Counted from the stretch's first letter, positions 8,941 through 18,290 are shown. The stretch is 64,000 bases of DNA from Candidatus Aenigmatarchaeota archaeon (GCA_016185435.1 JACPNN010000004.1:73635-137634), one strand, 5' to 3'. Translations and numbers: made by a program. Notes: generated by a model from the sequence alone, not told the origin.

Positions 8941-10013
8941 AAAGGAAAGGCCTGGCTATCACAACATTGATTATTTTCGTAATCATGATATTTTTTGTCT
9001 TCATATACCAGCTGATCACGCCTCTCGGGCAGGTAAACAAACTGCTGGTTAAAGAGAAGGTGAGCCAGAAAAACTTCTTCACAGTAAGCAACTCGCTTGA
9101 CGCCGCCAAATACGGGTTCCTTGAGCCTGCGCTGAAATACTCATATTATCAGGCCTGTTATGATAACCTGAAGAAAGGCGGCTGGAAGAGGGTGGAGGAA
9201 AGCAGGAAGACCAAATATCAGGACATGGAGTTCATGCCGCTTGCCGGGAAGGAGGATTTTCTGGACAGTCTGGAGGGAGAGGCCCTGAAGAATCTTAATA
9301 TTTACACGGAAAATGGCGATGGGGCGTATGTTTTCCTCACCCAGTTCGGGGTGAGGCTGCCGCTTTATGATGATGTTAAAATAAGGCAGGAGACAGGAAA
9401 GGCTGTCATAGGAGCCGAGGGGGGGAAGCTGAAGATTGAGGAGAAGGAGCCCGATGAGACAATAAGGCTGGAGAAGGTTTCGAGGCTCGAGGCTGAAGCA
9501 GATGACAACTGCCTGCAGATGCATTCTGCTGCCCGGGAAAAGGAGGAAAAGCTGAAGGGCATGCTTGAAGAGGCCATGAAGAAAGAGATGATCAGGTGGC
9601 CTGTCCTTGGAGCCAAGGATGCTGAACACCAGACTGCCGATGATGTGTTTGCCAAGGCGGCAGGGGAGGCCGGGATAGAGGTTACCGGCATTGAGAATGG
9701 AAGACTGAAGATGGAAGAGGGCCTGAAGGGCATAAGAATTCCGGCAGGAGAAGGCACGGAAGGGCTTAATACAAATTACATTTTATTAAGAAATCTGATC
9801 AAGGCGGATATAAAAGCGAAGGAGTGCGAGGACAGGACCTGCTATAATTTCATTTATCAGGCAAGCGTGCCTGTGGGAGTGAAAATTGCCAATAAAAACG
9901 ACAAGGACAGGCTTCCTGTATTCAATGGCAAGGATGTGGCCTTTGAAGCTCTGGAGATCAGCTTTGCTTATACGCATGAGTTCGGGTATGAGAGGGGGCC
10001 TTTGATTCCTTAG
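8937..10013 (+). CDS. Large pilin-like protein with class III signal peptide-like N-terminus and coiled-coil-rich body
   Basis: 358 aa. MKRKG|LAITTLIIFVIMIFFVFIYQLI. Its ATG overlaps the upstream stop (ATGA), which suggests translational coupling. Confidence 0.5.
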   Translation: MKRKGLAITTLIIFVIMIFFVFIYQLITPLGQVNKLLVKEKVSQKNFFTVSNSLDAAKYGFLEPALKYSYYQACYDNLKKGGWKRVEESRKTKYQDMEFMPLAGKEDFLDSLEGEALKNLNIYTENGDGAYVFLTQFGVRLPLYDDVKIRQETGKAVIGAEGGKLKIEEKEPDETIRLEKVSRLEAEADDNCLQMHSAAREKEEKLKGMLEEAMKKEMIRWPVLGAKDAEHQTADDVFAKAAGEAGIEVTGIENGRLKMEEGLKGIRIPAGEGTEGLNTNYILLRNLIKADIKAKECEDRTCYNFIYQASVPVGVKIANKNDKDRLPVFNGKDVAFEALEISFAYTHEFGYERGPLIP

Positions 10014-10067
10014 GTGCCGTGTTTCCGGCTGAAATTGCTGTCCATGGTTGTATAAACATTTTGCTTA

Positions 10068-10421
10068 TTATATCATCTCAAGATACTTCTTCTGCCTTAT
10101 GGCTACTGACTTCAGGCTGAGCAGGGAGATTTTTTTCCTTAAAGCCGCATCCTGGGTGCAGATCACATACCCTTTTTTGGCCATGCTGAGGAGGGCTGTG
10201 TCGACAGGCTGCCCTGATTCTATCAGGAAGCACTCTGAGCCGGCAAAATCAGCCGCCATCCTTGAGAATCTCCTTTGCCTGCTTCTTATCTTTTCAAGCT
10301 CGGCAAAGACAGAGGAAAGGGCAAACAGTTCCGGCCGGCCGAACTTGGAAAGCTCGCTTACGAGGCCTATCTTGAATGCGAAAATGTCAACAAGGAAGTT
10401 GGTGTCGAGGAGGAATTTCAT
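10068..10421 (-). CDS. vapC: PIN-domain nuclease (VapC-like toxin)
   Basis: 117 aa. N-terminal MKFLLDTNFLVD... acidic PIN signature. Confidence 0.7.
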   Translation of the reverse strand: MKFLLDTNFLVDIFAFKIGLVSELSKFGRPELFALSSVFAELEKIRSRQRRFSRMAADFAGSECFLIESGQPVDTALLSMAKKGYVICTQDAALRKKISLLSLKSVAIRQKKYLEMI

Positions 10422-10464
10422 ACATAGATTCTTTCCTCTTGATATATAAACCGATTCTGGAAAA

Positions 10465-10605
10465 CTATTTCTTCCTGGCCTTCCACTCCCTTGCGAACTC
10501 CCTCATCTTGGTGTCAATTTCGGTCTCGCTGCTGAAACTCTGGCCATATCTCTTCTTGAACTCGCCAAGAAACTGCTCTATTTCCTCGTCTCTGTCAGCA
10601 GGCAT
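10465..10605 (-). CDS. Small putative antitoxin partner of the downstream PIN gene
   Basis: Roughly 46-aa charged helical protein (MPADRDEEIEQFLGEFKKRYGQSF...) 43 nt upstream of the PIN gene. The call rests on position only. Confidence 0.3.
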   Translation of the reverse strand: MPADRDEEIEQFLGEFKKRYGQSFSSETEIDTKMREFAREWKARKK

Positions 10606-10693
10606 TGGAGGTCTATTAAAATATATTGCTGCGGTTGCTTTTAAAAGGAAGAGGGGGCCTTGCGGCAAACCCGTTATTTCTACAGCAAGAAAA

Positions 10694-11131
10694 CTAAATA
10701 ACCTCGATTGGCTCCTTCCTCCTCAAATCAGTTTTATCGAAATGCCCGTCAAAGCTTATTATGGTCTCTGCACCTGTTTTTTTGGCGGTAAGATACTGCA
10801 GGCTGTCATCGAAATCCAGCCCGATTTTCTGGGCGACAATGCTTATTGCCAGCTCTTCTCCTATAGTAGTGGTGTGGATTGTAAGGCCTATCGAATTATT
10901 AATATTCTTCAGAAAGGTTTCCAGAATAGCCAAGTTTTCCGAGAGTATTCCTTCGACTGCATGGACTGTGAATGAAGACACTATGCATTGCAGTTCACCT
11001 GAGGAAACCTTCTGCAAAAATTTTTCGCAATCTTCTGCTTTCTTTTGGTTCAGAAGGATCTCCAGAAAAATATTGGTGTCTATCAGATGCACGTCAGTCC
11101 ACCTTTCTCCATGCTTTATGCTGCAATTCAA
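10694..11131 (-). CDS. vapC: PIN-domain nuclease (VapC-like toxin)
   Basis: HLIDTNIFLEIL...D..Q PIN motifs. The true start is probably the GTG near 11092, abutting the upstream RHH gene. Confidence 0.75.
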   Translation of the reverse strand: MNCSIKHGERWTDVHLIDTNIFLEILLNQKKAEDCEKFLQKVSSGELQCIVSSFTVHAVEGILSENLAILETFLKNINNSIGLTIHTTTIGEELAISIVAQKIGLDFDDSLQYLTAKKTGAETIISFDGHFDKTDLRRKEPIEVI

Positions 11132-11321
11132 CCGAGTTTTCTCCTGATTTTATGGAGCCTCTCAAAGCTGACCAGTCTATTTTGTCTGAGGATATCCATT
11201 TTTTTATCAGGTTTTCAGTTGCGGCCTTCAGGCTGCCTCTTTTGTAGCCATACGCTTTCATAGCCTTTCTCCTGAACCTCGCCAAAACCTTTTCATCTGT
11301 GTCGATCTTTAAAGTACCCAT
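11094..11321 (-). CDS. vapB: Ribbon-helix-helix (CopG/VapB-like) antitoxin
   Basis: 75 aa. TLKIDTDEKVLARFRRKAM... beta-strand-helix-helix pattern. Sits immediately upstream of the PIN gene and overlaps it. Confidence 0.5.
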   Translation of the reverse strand: MGTLKIDTDEKVLARFRRKAMKAYGYKRGSLKAATENLIKKWISSDKIDWSALRGSIKSGENSVELQHKAWRKVD

Positions 11322-11559
11322 ATTAAGTATAGGTACTTTTGTACTTTATAAAGTTTTTGGTACTCTATGGCTCTGCGGCAAATCCGGAAATATAATGGAA
11401 GCCGCTTCTTCCCTTCCACAAAACCAGCACAAGGAAGCCGATCATAATCACTTATGGAACCGCATTCAACGCCTGACTCTGCACAAAAGCTGAAGATCCC
11501 ATTGGAAAGAAAATCTAGTTTTGTCGCAATCTCAGAGTATTCTGGCAATCGATGGGAAA

Positions 11560-12828
11560 TTAGCTCTTGAAGAGAAGGAATTTCCATGCAGGGGTTATTT
11601 CTATATTATCTATGACTCTTTCATCTTCCATGTCCACAACCAGCGCTGTTCTTACTTTTTTTCCGAACTTCTTGATGAATTTTCTTATCTGCTTGATTTC
11701 CTTCCCGCCCTTTTTTATCTCGATCGCATCCACAGTGTCTTTGTCTGGGATTATGAAGTCAACCTCAAAGCCGTTCCTGTAAAAGAATTTTGTATCGAGT
11801 GCATTCAAAATGGCATTTTCCAGCATTGAAGGCAGGGCTTTTTCCATGTCCTGAATGAATGCATAAATCAGGTTGGGAGTGGCGAGATAGGCCTTTTTCA
11901 GCTTCCTCATGCTGGCAAGAGGGGATCCTCTGTAGTTGAAGACGAATCTGATAAGCAGAGAGAATTCCAGATACTCGAAATAGTTTGCAATGGTCCTGTG
12001 ATCCTTTCCTAGATTTCTGGATATCTCCCTGTAGTTGACAATCATTCCGGGATTGTTGCCTACCATGTAAACCAGATTCTTCAGCAATTCGATGTCTATA
12101 GACCCGAATTCCTCCGGAATGTCCTTGTATATTATCCTGTCAATCACATTGTTCAGCAGATATTTTCTCACGAAATCATCATCATCCTCATTCACCAGCT
12201 CGGGAAAAGTGCCGTGCCTGAGATACCTGTAAAAGAGCGGCAAAAGCTCCCTTTTCCATAGGCTGGGGTTTTCCTTTATTTTCTTGGCGTCCTTTCCTGT
12301 TATTTCAAGAAATTCCTGAAAATCCAGAGGCTTAAGAAGAAAATCGAGAATCCTGCCCGCAAGGCTTTCCTTGGCCCTTTTCCTGAAGGCGACAGATGCT
12401 GAGCCTGACAGGAAGAACTTGATGTTGGGGTAGAGGTCATAGAAGACCTTTATCTTGTTTTCCCAGTCTTTCACCTTCTGCACCTCGTCAAGGAAAATGT
12501 ACAGTCTGTCTTTTGTTTCGCCGAAGGTCTTGCCCAGAATGAGCTTCTGGTAGGAGTCAAGAACATCCTTTAGGTCAAAGGCCATCTCATCAAAGGAGAA
12601 ATATAATATATTCCTCGGGCTCTCGCTTTCCAGAAGCCTTTCTATCAGCTGGAACATCATGGTCGTCTTTCCGACTCTTCTGAGGCCCCATATCAGAACA
12701 GCCTGCCTCTTTCCAGCATGCTGCTCGATTTCGAAATAGAGCTTCCTTTTGTATCCCTTCAGCCATTCTTCCTTCACCCTGCCTGCCTTCCACCAGGGAT
12801 TGAAAACCTCGATGTCCTCGATTTTCAT
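11560..12828 (-). CDS. AAA+ ATPase (AAA_14 / DUF4143 family)
   Basis: 422 aa. Walker A GLRRVGKTTMM and Walker B LDEVQ, with a C-terminal DUF4143-like region. Confidence 0.8.
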   Translation of the reverse strand: MKIEDIEVFNPWWKAGRVKEEWLKGYKRKLYFEIEQHAGKRQAVLIWGLRRVGKTTMMFQLIERLLESESPRNILYFSFDEMAFDLKDVLDSYQKLILGKTFGETKDRLYIFLDEVQKVKDWENKIKVFYDLYPNIKFFLSGSASVAFRKRAKESLAGRILDFLLKPLDFQEFLEITGKDAKKIKENPSLWKRELLPLFYRYLRHGTFPELVNEDDDDFVRKYLLNNVIDRIIYKDIPEEFGSIDIELLKNLVYMVGNNPGMIVNYREISRNLGKDHRTIANYFEYLEFSLLIRFVFNYRGSPLASMRKLKKAYLATPNLIYAFIQDMEKALPSMLENAILNALDTKFFYRNGFEVDFIIPDKDTVDAIEIKKGGKEIKQIRKFIKKFGKKVRTALVVDMEDERVIDNIEITPAWKFLLFKS

Positions 12829-12832
12829 AGTA

Positions 12833-12920
12833 ATTACATTATGATGTAATAAGTATTTAAATTTTGTTACATTGAAATGCTATAATTTATCGTTTTCAGG
12901 CTGCGTATAACGCCGTTATA
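12833..12920. promoter_or_regulatory. Divergent promoter region with two palindromes
   Basis: ATTACAT-TATG-ATGTAAT at 12833..12850 and a perfect 7-1-7 palindrome TATAACG-C-CGTTATA at 12906..12920, between the ATPase gene and the 12984 gene. Confidence 0.4.
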
Positions 12921-12983
12921 TAACACTGTTATTCCCTTCTGCTTGCTGCCAATTTATTCAGACGGCAGGAATATATTTAATCA

Positions 12984-14372
12984 GTGATGGATTTGCCCGA
13001 AACAGAATCGTCTATACTGCTCAGAATGCTGGATAAGTATAAGCTTTTCGACATTGATATAGAGCTTGCCCAGTTCTTCCGTATCAGCAACAGGGGCGAC
13101 ATCGAGGGGCCATACAAAGGACTGCCTGAGCCTTATAGGATGGGCGGCACAGGTCGCAACATTCCCCTGGAGCATTTCAGGATAACAACAGTACGCTTCA
13201 GGAGTCGTGAAGGTGTCCCGTATATCTATTTCCGTACGCCCCGCATAGAGGCAGGCAGTGTCAAGATAGGCAAAATCAATGTGCTGGACAGGCCGCTGAA
13301 GATCAATGATCTTGTTTGGATCACACCTCAGGATGGCAGGGTAGGCCTGGTAATCGGCACAATAATCAGGATAATAGACACGGAGAGAACGAAAAAACCG
13401 CCCAAAGAGGATGAAAATGAGGAGCTTGAGAAGATCAAAGAGGAGCTTGAAGAAAACCGCAGGCTGTATGCCCTGCCTTCAGGAGAAAAGCCCGCCCTGA
13501 AGCCCTACGCCCCCGGCCCCCTGCCTGCAAATATCCCTAGGAGAGGAAGGAAGGAGAGGGGATTGTGGGAGGACAACAGACCCATACCTATGGGGCCGCT
13601 AAGGCCGCCGGCATTGCCGCCGGGAAGGGAAGGGAGACCTGAACCAAGGCCTGTAATTCTGGAGGAAGGGATTCGGGAGCCGACAATAGTGAACATTTAT
13701 GCCCTTCCGCTCGACGAAAGAGGCAGGCCAGGCCTTCATGGAGTGCAGCAGCTTCGTGCACGCATCCTGACATCAGAACCGAGAAGGTTGGAGCTTATAG
13801 ACCAGCTTCTTCCTTTAAGAAATCTTGAGCTTGATAACCCGCCTGCCCGCATACTGATCGAGGCCGAATACGATCATCCGCAGGCCGGAAGGCTTGTGGC
13901 GCACAGGGAGTTTGATCTGCATCCGGGGGTAAATAATCTGATCCTCCAGTTCAGAATTCCTTTTGGCGCTGGCGGGATCGGAGGGCCGGGAAGGCCAGAA
14001 GGGCCAGTTGGAGGAGGGCCTGCGAGGCCCGAAGGCGTCGGGGGCGGTGAAGGGGAAGGATGGTGGTTTGAAGGCCATGTTGTTGACCAGAACAATAATC
14101 CGATACCCAATGCAAGGATTACAATAGCTGGCACTGCCCATTCTGTTGCTACAGGAGCAAATGGCAGATACAGAATTCCCGCTGCAGGAGGGCTTCCGCA
14201 GGGAAACTATACTCTATTTTGCCAAGTCCCGCCAGAACAAACCCGTGGTGCTGCACAGACACATGCAGCAGATGTGAATATTGCCGAAGGCGGGCAGGCT
14301 GAAATAAGGATATTTCCAGTTGAAGTAGAGCACCGCCAGAATAGAGGCGGAGAACCAAGGAGGGAAGGATAG
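12984..14372 (+). CDS. Pro-rich protein with C-terminal carboxypeptidase-regulatory-like (CarboxypepD_reg) domain
   Basis: 462 aa with no signal peptide. Pro/Gly-rich linker, then GEGEGWWFEGHVVDQNNNPIPNARITIAGTAHSVATGANGRYRIP. Ends at TAG 14370-14372, in frame with the next ORF. Confidence 0.55.
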   Translation: MMDLPETESSILLRMLDKYKLFDIDIELAQFFRISNRGDIEGPYKGLPEPYRMGGTGRNIPLEHFRITTVRFRSREGVPYIYFRTPRIEAGSVKIGKINVLDRPLKINDLVWITPQDGRVGLVIGTIIRIIDTERTKKPPKEDENEELEKIKEELEENRRLYALPSGEKPALKPYAPGPLPANIPRRGRKERGLWEDNRPIPMGPLRPPALPPGREGRPEPRPVILEEGIREPTIVNIYALPLDERGRPGLHGVQQLRARILTSEPRRLELIDQLLPLRNLELDNPPARILIEAEYDHPQAGRLVAHREFDLHPGVNNLILQFRIPFGAGGIGGPGRPEGPVGGGPARPEGVGGGEGEGWWFEGHVVDQNNNPIPNARITIAGTAHSVATGANGRYRIPAAGGLPQGNYTLFCQVPPEQTRGAAQTHAADVNIAEGGQAEIRIFPVEVEHRQNRGGEPRREG

Positions 14373-14375
14373 ACT

Positions 14376-17300
14376 ATGCCTGCAATAATTATCAACTTCA
14401 TTATAAACATAAATGTTCCGCCGCCCCCGCCTCCTCCTCCTGGAGGGGGTGAAGGATGGATTGAAGGTCTTGTAAGAGATGAAGGCGGCAGAGCCATTGA
14501 TAATGCAAATGTTATTAATCATACTACTGGAGAACACACCCAGACCAATCATTTAGGCTACTACAGGCTTCCGCAGGATCCGCGAGAAGGTCTGACTCCC
14601 GGCCATCATCTTGTCGCATGCGGAGCAACAGGCTTTGAAGATCAGGAAAGGGAAATTGAGGTGAGACCTGGACGGGCTGCAAACGGCAATTTCACTCTTC
14701 ACAGAAGAACTGGCCGTACTCCGGCTGGCCAAGGTGTTGTCTATGGTCAAGTCTGGATAAAGAATGCGCAGGGAAAGGATGAGCCTTTCATACCCCAAAC
14801 TGAAAGAGTGCCTGACTGGCAGCAAAGGAACAGAATATATGCATATCCCTTAACTCATACCGTCCTTGGCTGGTTTGGGAGGATTCTCCCTGATACCCGT
14901 CTCAATTGGCCAGAAGCTATATCTGAAGGTCATATTGATGAGCATGGAAGATATTCTTTAAGCCTGTTTCCTGGAACCTACCAGCTCGTGTGCAATATCA
15001 CAGATCCACGCCGGGTACAATGGCCCGTAGCTGACTCAAGGAGAGATGCAGCCGGCAATATAATACAGCCACTGCCTCACCACGCTGATCCGTCTTCAGT
15101 GTATGAACCCAAGACAGCCATGGCAACAGTTCGGGCGTATCAAAGAACCAAGCATGACTTCCATTTCTACCCGCAAGGAGGTTCACGGATTGCCAGAGGC
15201 GCAAATACAGCAAGAAACTGGATCGAGCAGAGGTGGGGGGCCGGGATTACAGGGAACATTCACATCATCGCGCTTCTTGCGATAGGCGTCCTCATCTCCA
15301 ACTACTTCCATAACACCAACTTCCTTCTCGGCTTCTGGTCGCTGGTCGCGTACTTCCTGATACCTGAGCCCATACAGGGCAGGCTACAGCAGGAGCTTGA
15401 AGAAGGCCACATGCAGCTGCAGTTTAGGTGGCGGGACTTGGTAATGAGAGGAGAGAACAGAGAGCAGTTCAACAACGCGTGGAGATGGCTGCTTGGCAAC
15501 AACAATTCCCAGTTCACCGCGCTGAGGAGCTTTGCCAAGGTAATGGCCATCTGGTTCTTCAGCCAGGGACTACTGCAGAGCACCTTCGCCTTTTCGAACA
15601 TAATGCTGCTCATAGTGGTCTTTGCAGGATACTATTCCTTTGCCATAGAGTATGACACAAGGAGATCGGGCCAGGTGATAGAGTCATTCTTCAGGTTCGC
15701 CTTCCTAGGCGTGTACCTGATCCCGTGGGTTGTAGTGGCGAGGGTGTTCGATTCTAATGTCCTTGGGCTAATAGCATTTGCGTTTTTGGCCGTACCTCCC
15801 TTTTCGAGAAGGGACCAGCAGCATGAATCCTCAATAGGGTCAGGACTGGAACCGGCGATGAAGGTTGCCTTCCTTATCTGCATGATCATAGCGCTTATGT
15901 ACAGCGGGGCGATGGCCACATTCTTCCCCGAATCCCAGATGTTCCAGACGCAGACAGGTTGGGGGCTTAAGGGAGGCTTGGCAGACACGTTCTTCTTCTT
16001 CTGGTTCCTGACAACGCTGGTCGGGTTCTTTTCACCGCCACAGGAGAGGCCCGCAGCAGGATTCATCATGCTTTTCGCAGCGACTGTCATATATGCGCTT
16101 GGGCCCGGAACCCAGGAGGTGGGGCAGGGGCTGCTCGGGCCTTATTTCCCTGCATTTTACAAAGGCATGATAGGAACAATCAAGCCCGTGACCCAAGCGT
16201 TCTCTGGCTTCGGGAGCGCATTCGGTCCTGCCCTCTGTCTGCTCACCAATCCTGTGGCATGTGCACAGAACATAACTGACGGCAGATGGAGTCAAGATTC
16301 AACTACTGGGATTGCAGGGGCATACGGCGTCGAGCTGGAGGACTTCAGGATGGATGATCAGATATTCACAGAGCAGCCTTTTGCCATCACGCTGAAGCTG
16401 AACAATCTGGGCTCGTTCGATGCGAGGCATGTCGATGTCAGCTTTGCGGCCGGGGAGGATGCGGCAACTATAGAGGAGAGGGAGAGCATGTGGATAAGGC
16501 CGTTCAGATCAAGGCAGGATACAGACAACAAAAGGAAGCGGATGAACCTAGCCGAACTTGGTTTCGGTGACAGGCCTGATGACCCTCAGGGGAAGGAGGG
16601 CCTTGACTGCGTTGAAGACAGCACAGGCGTACCGGTTCTTTGCAGGAGCACCGACCGCATTGATGTCATGGAGAAGAAGGACATACAGCCCATAAGGTTC
16701 GAGAGCAATGATGAAGGGATAAAATGCAGGGCCGTCACCAAATATGAGCTGTATGAAAAGTATCTGCCCTTTGCGGCCAAGGTCTCATATGATTATGGCA
16801 TCTCATCGAGCCTTGATGTAGAGTTCCTCAGCGATGCCGAATGGCGAAGAAAGTCGCAGGCAGAGGAGCTTACTTTCCAACAGAAGATACCCTCCACCCT
16901 TTCGAATTCCCCTGTCATGCTGAATATAGACACTACACCGCAGCCGATAAGGGAGGATGTCTCATTCCCAATCAGGATGCAGCTGAAGACCGGGCCCAGA
17001 GGAGGGACGATAAACAGGACATACATGATAAATGCGGAAATACCGACGGAGCTGTGGAAGGCGAAGAGGTACTGCACACCGTCTCCCTCCAGCGAGACAG
17101 AGATTGCCCAGAAGGGCGTGACACTGGTCAGATGGGAGGAGAGCAGGATACTGCCTTCAAGGACAATCGCATGCCAGTTCAACGGATACAAGTTCCCGAA
17201 GGGCGAAAAGGAGAAAATAGGCGTGCAGCCGACAAAGAGTTTCCTGATAAAGACCAATGCAAGCTACAGGTTCGAGAAGGCGGAGCAGACCATAGGCAAG

Positions 17301-17750
17301 CTGGAATGGGGCGGGGTGGCGTGCTGCTATCCGGCAGGGCAGTACAAAGGGCAGGACGGAGACAAATTCTGCCAGTCCCTTGGATATCCTGCATGCGATG
17401 CAACGACTCATCAATGCAAGGCGGAGGCGCAGACGTGGGGGCCTGCCGATCATTGCAAGAACCAGATAGCGTCAAACCCGAAGGAGAAGTGCAACCTTGG
17501 TGCTGGAGGATGCTCATCGGATGCGGAGTGCTGCTCTGACCCTGCTGATTGCCAGGGCTCTGGAGGGCTGTTTGATGTCGATAGCGATGGAAATCCTGAT
17601 TCTCTGGAATGCAGGAGAAAAATAGCCAATGGCGTCTGCTGCCCTGCAAAGACAAGCGACAATGACTGCGCTGCAGCCCACCAGATGTTCACGGAGAACA
17701 AGAGCCCGGCAGAGGTAAGTGACTTCCTGAGAAAGAATACGGGTCCCTGA
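14376..17750 (+). CDS. Giant (1124 aa) polytopic membrane protein with N-terminal poly-Pro + CarboxypepD_reg-like domain and Cys-rich C-terminal domain
   Basis: PPPPPPPPGGGEGWIEGLVRDEGGRAIDNANVINHTTGEHTQTNHLGYYRLP, then at least 8 predicted TM helices (about aa 290-620), a large hydrophilic domain, and a C-terminus with more than 20 Cys. Confidence 0.6.
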   Translation: MPAIIINFIININVPPPPPPPPGGGEGWIEGLVRDEGGRAIDNANVINHTTGEHTQTNHLGYYRLPQDPREGLTPGHHLVACGATGFEDQEREIEVRPGRAANGNFTLHRRTGRTPAGQGVVYGQVWIKNAQGKDEPFIPQTERVPDWQQRNRIYAYPLTHTVLGWFGRILPDTRLNWPEAISEGHIDEHGRYSLSLFPGTYQLVCNITDPRRVQWPVADSRRDAAGNIIQPLPHHADPSSVYEPKTAMATVRAYQRTKHDFHFYPQGGSRIARGANTARNWIEQRWGAGITGNIHIIALLAIGVLISNYFHNTNFLLGFWSLVAYFLIPEPIQGRLQQELEEGHMQLQFRWRDLVMRGENREQFNNAWRWLLGNNNSQFTALRSFAKVMAIWFFSQGLLQSTFAFSNIMLLIVVFAGYYSFAIEYDTRRSGQVIESFFRFAFLGVYLIPWVVVARVFDSNVLGLIAFAFLAVPPFSRRDQQHESSIGSGLEPAMKVAFLICMIIALMYSGAMATFFPESQMFQTQTGWGLKGGLADTFFFFWFLTTLVGFFSPPQERPAAGFIMLFAATVIYALGPGTQEVGQGLLGPYFPAFYKGMIGTIKPVTQAFSGFGSAFGPALCLLTNPVACAQNITDGRWSQDSTTGIAGAYGVELEDFRMDDQIFTEQPFAITLKLNNLGSFDARHVDVSFAAGEDAATIEERESMWIRPFRSRQDTDNKRKRMNLAELGFGDRPDDPQGKEGLDCVEDSTGVPVLCRSTDRIDVMEKKDIQPIRFESNDEGIKCRAVTKYELYEKYLPFAAKVSYDYGISSSLDVEFLSDAEWRRKSQAEELTFQQKIPSTLSNSPVMLNIDTTPQPIREDVSFPIRMQLKTGPRGGTINRTYMINAEIPTELWKAKRYCTPSPSSETEIAQKGVTLVRWEESRILPSRTIACQFNGYKFPKGEKEKIGVQPTKSFLIKTNASYRFEKAEQTIGKLEWGGVACCYPAGQYKGQDGDKFCQSLGYPACDATTHQCKAEAQTWGPADHCKNQIASNPKEKCNLGAGGCSSDAECCSDPADCQGSGGLFDVDSDGNPDSLECRRKIANGVCCPAKTSDNDCAAAHQMFTENKSPAEVSDFLRKNTGP

Positions 17751-17753
17751 TGC

Positions 17754-18290
17754 CTATGGCAGAGGAGGGCAGTTGCTCTTCGGACGCCTTGCAGCATGCG
17801 TGTCCTCAAAATAGGATGTGATGCCATATTTGCCGTCCACCTTGGTGACGCCTACACCATATCTGCCGTCTTTGACGCCGAGCTGATTGTCTATCTGTAT
17901 GTGCCTCATTTGCTTTAAGCCATTTTCCATAGAGTTAAGTTTTTCCAATACAAAATCGTCTTCGCCTATATAGATTGTGCCTCTGTACTCCCTTTCTCCA
18001 CGGTCTTTCTTGCATCTGTCTGGCTCGATTGTGTTCTCGAAGCCTTCCCAGTACAGGGCGGTTTTCCCAATCGGTCTGCCTGTGTTGGTATCATAGACTT
18101 CCCTCGGGTCGAGTCTTGTGATTGTTATGGGAGTGTTATAGGGGATGAGGGGCGCTCTTGGCCTTGAGCCGAAAGAACCGAAAATGCCTGCCAGGCCAAT
18201 GGCTGTGATAGCGGTGGCGGCGATTATTCCTGTTTTGTATTTTTGGCCAAATGTCTTTGTGCTGTTCCAAGCTGCCTTTAAATTAACCAT
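17754..18290 (-). CDS. Membrane-anchored hypothetical protein
   Basis: 178 aa. N-terminal TM helix IIAATAITAIGLAGIFGSFG. Convergent with the giant membrane protein gene. Confidence 0.4.
   Translation of the reverse strand: MVNLKAAWNSTKTFGQKYKTGIIAATAITAIGLAGIFGSFGSRPRAPLIPYNTPITITRLDPREVYDTNTGRPIGKTALYWEGFENTIEPDRCKKDRGEREYRGTIYIGEDDFVLEKLNSMENGLKQMRHIQIDNQLGVKDGRYGVGVTKVDGKYGITSYFEDTHAARRPKSNCPPLP

Noticed and set aside
15302-17655. Multiple 60-230-aa ORFs on both strands inside the 14376..17750 gene
   Set aside because: They are nested within a long ORF with consistent TM and domain organisation and are probably frame artefacts.
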